Positions 62,638 through 64,000 of a DNA stretch of 64,000 nucleotides are shown here, in pieces (within the stretch, counting starts at the first letter, position 1; each line of letters starts with the position of its first letter). Location: contig CAVTBR010000003.1 in the NCBI GenBank assembly GCA_963733055.1, positions 64,001 through 128,000 on the forward strand, read 5' to 3'. Both the position numbers and the translations under genes were made by a program. The notes below the pieces were generated by a model, which worked only from the letters and a program-made list of their open reading frames with translations, ran no database searches and had not been told where the DNA came from. The DNA comes from Candidatus Bathyarchaeota archaeon. GTDB taxonomy: Archaea > Thermoproteota > Bathyarchaeia > 40CM-2-53-6.

Positions 62638-64000
62638 TTACAAGGGTGGGTTACCGTGTTTCCTGGGTGGACGAGTTTCGCGCTTGTCGAGAGTAGTTTC
62701 AAGCGCATGAATTAGACGGGGTCTGGTTTGTGGAGGTTCTATGACATCGTCGACGTAACCCCTACCCGCCGCCACGTATGGATTTGCGAACTTCTGTCTG
62801 TAGTCCTCGACAAATGCGTTCACAATCTTCGGATCCGAGTTGGCGGTAAGCTGCTTCCTGTAAATAATTTTGATCGCGCCCTCGGGTCCCATTACGGCTA
62901 TCTCCGCACTCGGCCAGGCGAAGTTGAAATCAGCACGAATGTGTTTGCTTCCAAGGACATCGTAAGCGCCACCGTATGCTTTTCGGACTATTACCGTCAA
63001 TTTTGGCACTGTCGCTTCGCAGTACGCGTAAAGCAGTTTCGAACCATTCTTGATGATTCCGGAGTGCTCTTGGTCTACTCCGGGTAAGAATCCCGGTACG
63101 TCTACGAACGTGATAACGGGAATGTTGAACGCGTCGCAGAATCTGATGAACCTTGCAGCTTTTACCGATGAGTTATTGTCGAGCGCACCGGCGTAGTGTT
63201 TTGGCTGGTTTGCTACTACGCCAACGCTGTGGCCATCCAGGCGTCCTAGACCAATAATGATGTTTTGAGCCCATCGGGCTTGTATTTCAAGAAAACTTCC
63301 GATGTCAAGAACTCTTTGTACAATTTCTTTCATGTCATACGCGCGGTCTCGGTCGGATGGGACGATTGAAGCAAGTTCTTTGTCCATGCGATTGGGTTCG
63401 TCACCAGTTTTGACTATCGGCGGATCTTCCAAATTGTTCTGCGGCAAATACGACAAGACTGCTTTAATGAGCTGAATGGCGGCTGGCTCATCGGAGGCGA
63501 AGAAGTGCGCGACGCCTGAGATTTGGCTATGGACGTGAGCTCCGCCGAGCGTCTCGAATGTTACATCCTCATCAAGTACTGATTTGACGACGTCTGGACC
63601 GGTGATGAACATGTAGCTTGTTTTGTCTACCATGATTACGAAATCTGTTAGAGCGGGAGAGTATACCGATCCCCCCGCACATGGGCCCATTATCGCTGAA
63701 ATCTGTGGAACAACTCCGCTGGCCAAGACATTCCGGTAGAATATTTCTGCAAAGCCTCCAAGGCTAACAACGCCCTCTTGGATCCGAGCGCCGCCAGAAT
63801 CGTTTAAGCCGATTAGGGGTGTACCGGTTTTCATCGCCAGATCCATTATCTTGCAAACTTTCATCGCGAAAGTCTCTCCAAGAGATCCACCGAAAACCGT
63901 GAAATCGTGAGCGAACACAAACACCGGTCTCCCATCTACCGTTCCATGGCCTGTCACGACGCCGTCTCCCAGAATTCTCCGATCTTCTGGGGACGATTCA
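62638..64000 (-). CDS. Acyl-CoA (acetyl/propionyl-CoA) carboxylase carboxyltransferase subunit, 5'-truncated
   Basis: DFTVFGGSLG, SGGARIQEG, GPCAGG, DVPGFLPG, RKAYGGAY, RKHGNPPL. Confidence 0.95.
   Translation of the reverse strand, partial: ESSPEDRRILGDGVVTGHGTVDGRPVFVFAHDFTVFGGSLGETFAMKVCKIMDLAMKTGTPLIGLNDSGGARIQEGVVSLGGFAEIFYRNVLASGVVPQISAIMGPCAGGSVYSPALTDFVIMVDKTSYMFITGPDVVKSVLDEDVTFETLGGAHVHSQISGVAHFFASDEPAAIQLIKAVLSYLPQNNLEDPPIVKTGDEPNRMDKELASIVPSDRDRAYDMKEIVQRVLDIGSFLEIQARWAQNIIIGLGRLDGHSVGVVANQPKHYAGALDNNSSVKAARFIRFCDAFNIPVITFVDVPGFLPGVDQEHSGIIKNGSKLLYAYCEATVPKLTVIVRKAYGGAYDVLGSKHIRADFNFAWPSAEIAVMGPEGAIKIIYRKQLTANSDPKIVNAFVEDYRQKFANPYVAAGRGYVDDVIEPPQTRPRLIHALETTLDKRETRPPRKHGNPPL

Noticed and set aside
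1-64000. tRNA, rRNA, CRISPR arrays, transposases, integrases; the many short overlapping antisense ORFs in the track
   Set aside because: No such elements seen by eye; the shadow ORFs overlap confidently identified genes and lack motifs

Overview
Archaeal chromosomal segment. The gene content and style suggest a TACK lineage, plausibly Bathyarchaeia (inference, not a database result). It contains: an exosome cluster (sbds-rrp4-rrp41-rrp42-rpl37ae-pcc1); a rearranged translation/transcription superoperon; a CsoR-like repressor with a P1B ATPase; Lhr; a C/D box sRNA; four ribosomal genes detached from the S10/spc operon; cofE; a membrane-anchored regulator; a Dpp/Opp ABC transporter; modular surface proteins; a PolB2 cassette; a large tandem-Lrp regulator facing a tiny ORF; and an acyl-CoA block (MeaB, methylmalonyl- and isobutyryl-CoA-type mutases, thiolase/DUF35 pairs, split MetE plus MetF, biotin-dependent carboxylase). 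About nine conserved genes carry single-base frameshifts, most likely assembly errors. One interruption is different. The gene for the cobalamin-binding mutase small subunit has a 17-nt insertion (51946-51962) inside the Asp codon of the DxHxxG motif. It folds into a canonical bulge-helix-bulge whose predicted cuts restore the frame and motif exactly, making it a candidate tRNA-type intron in a metabolic mRNA.
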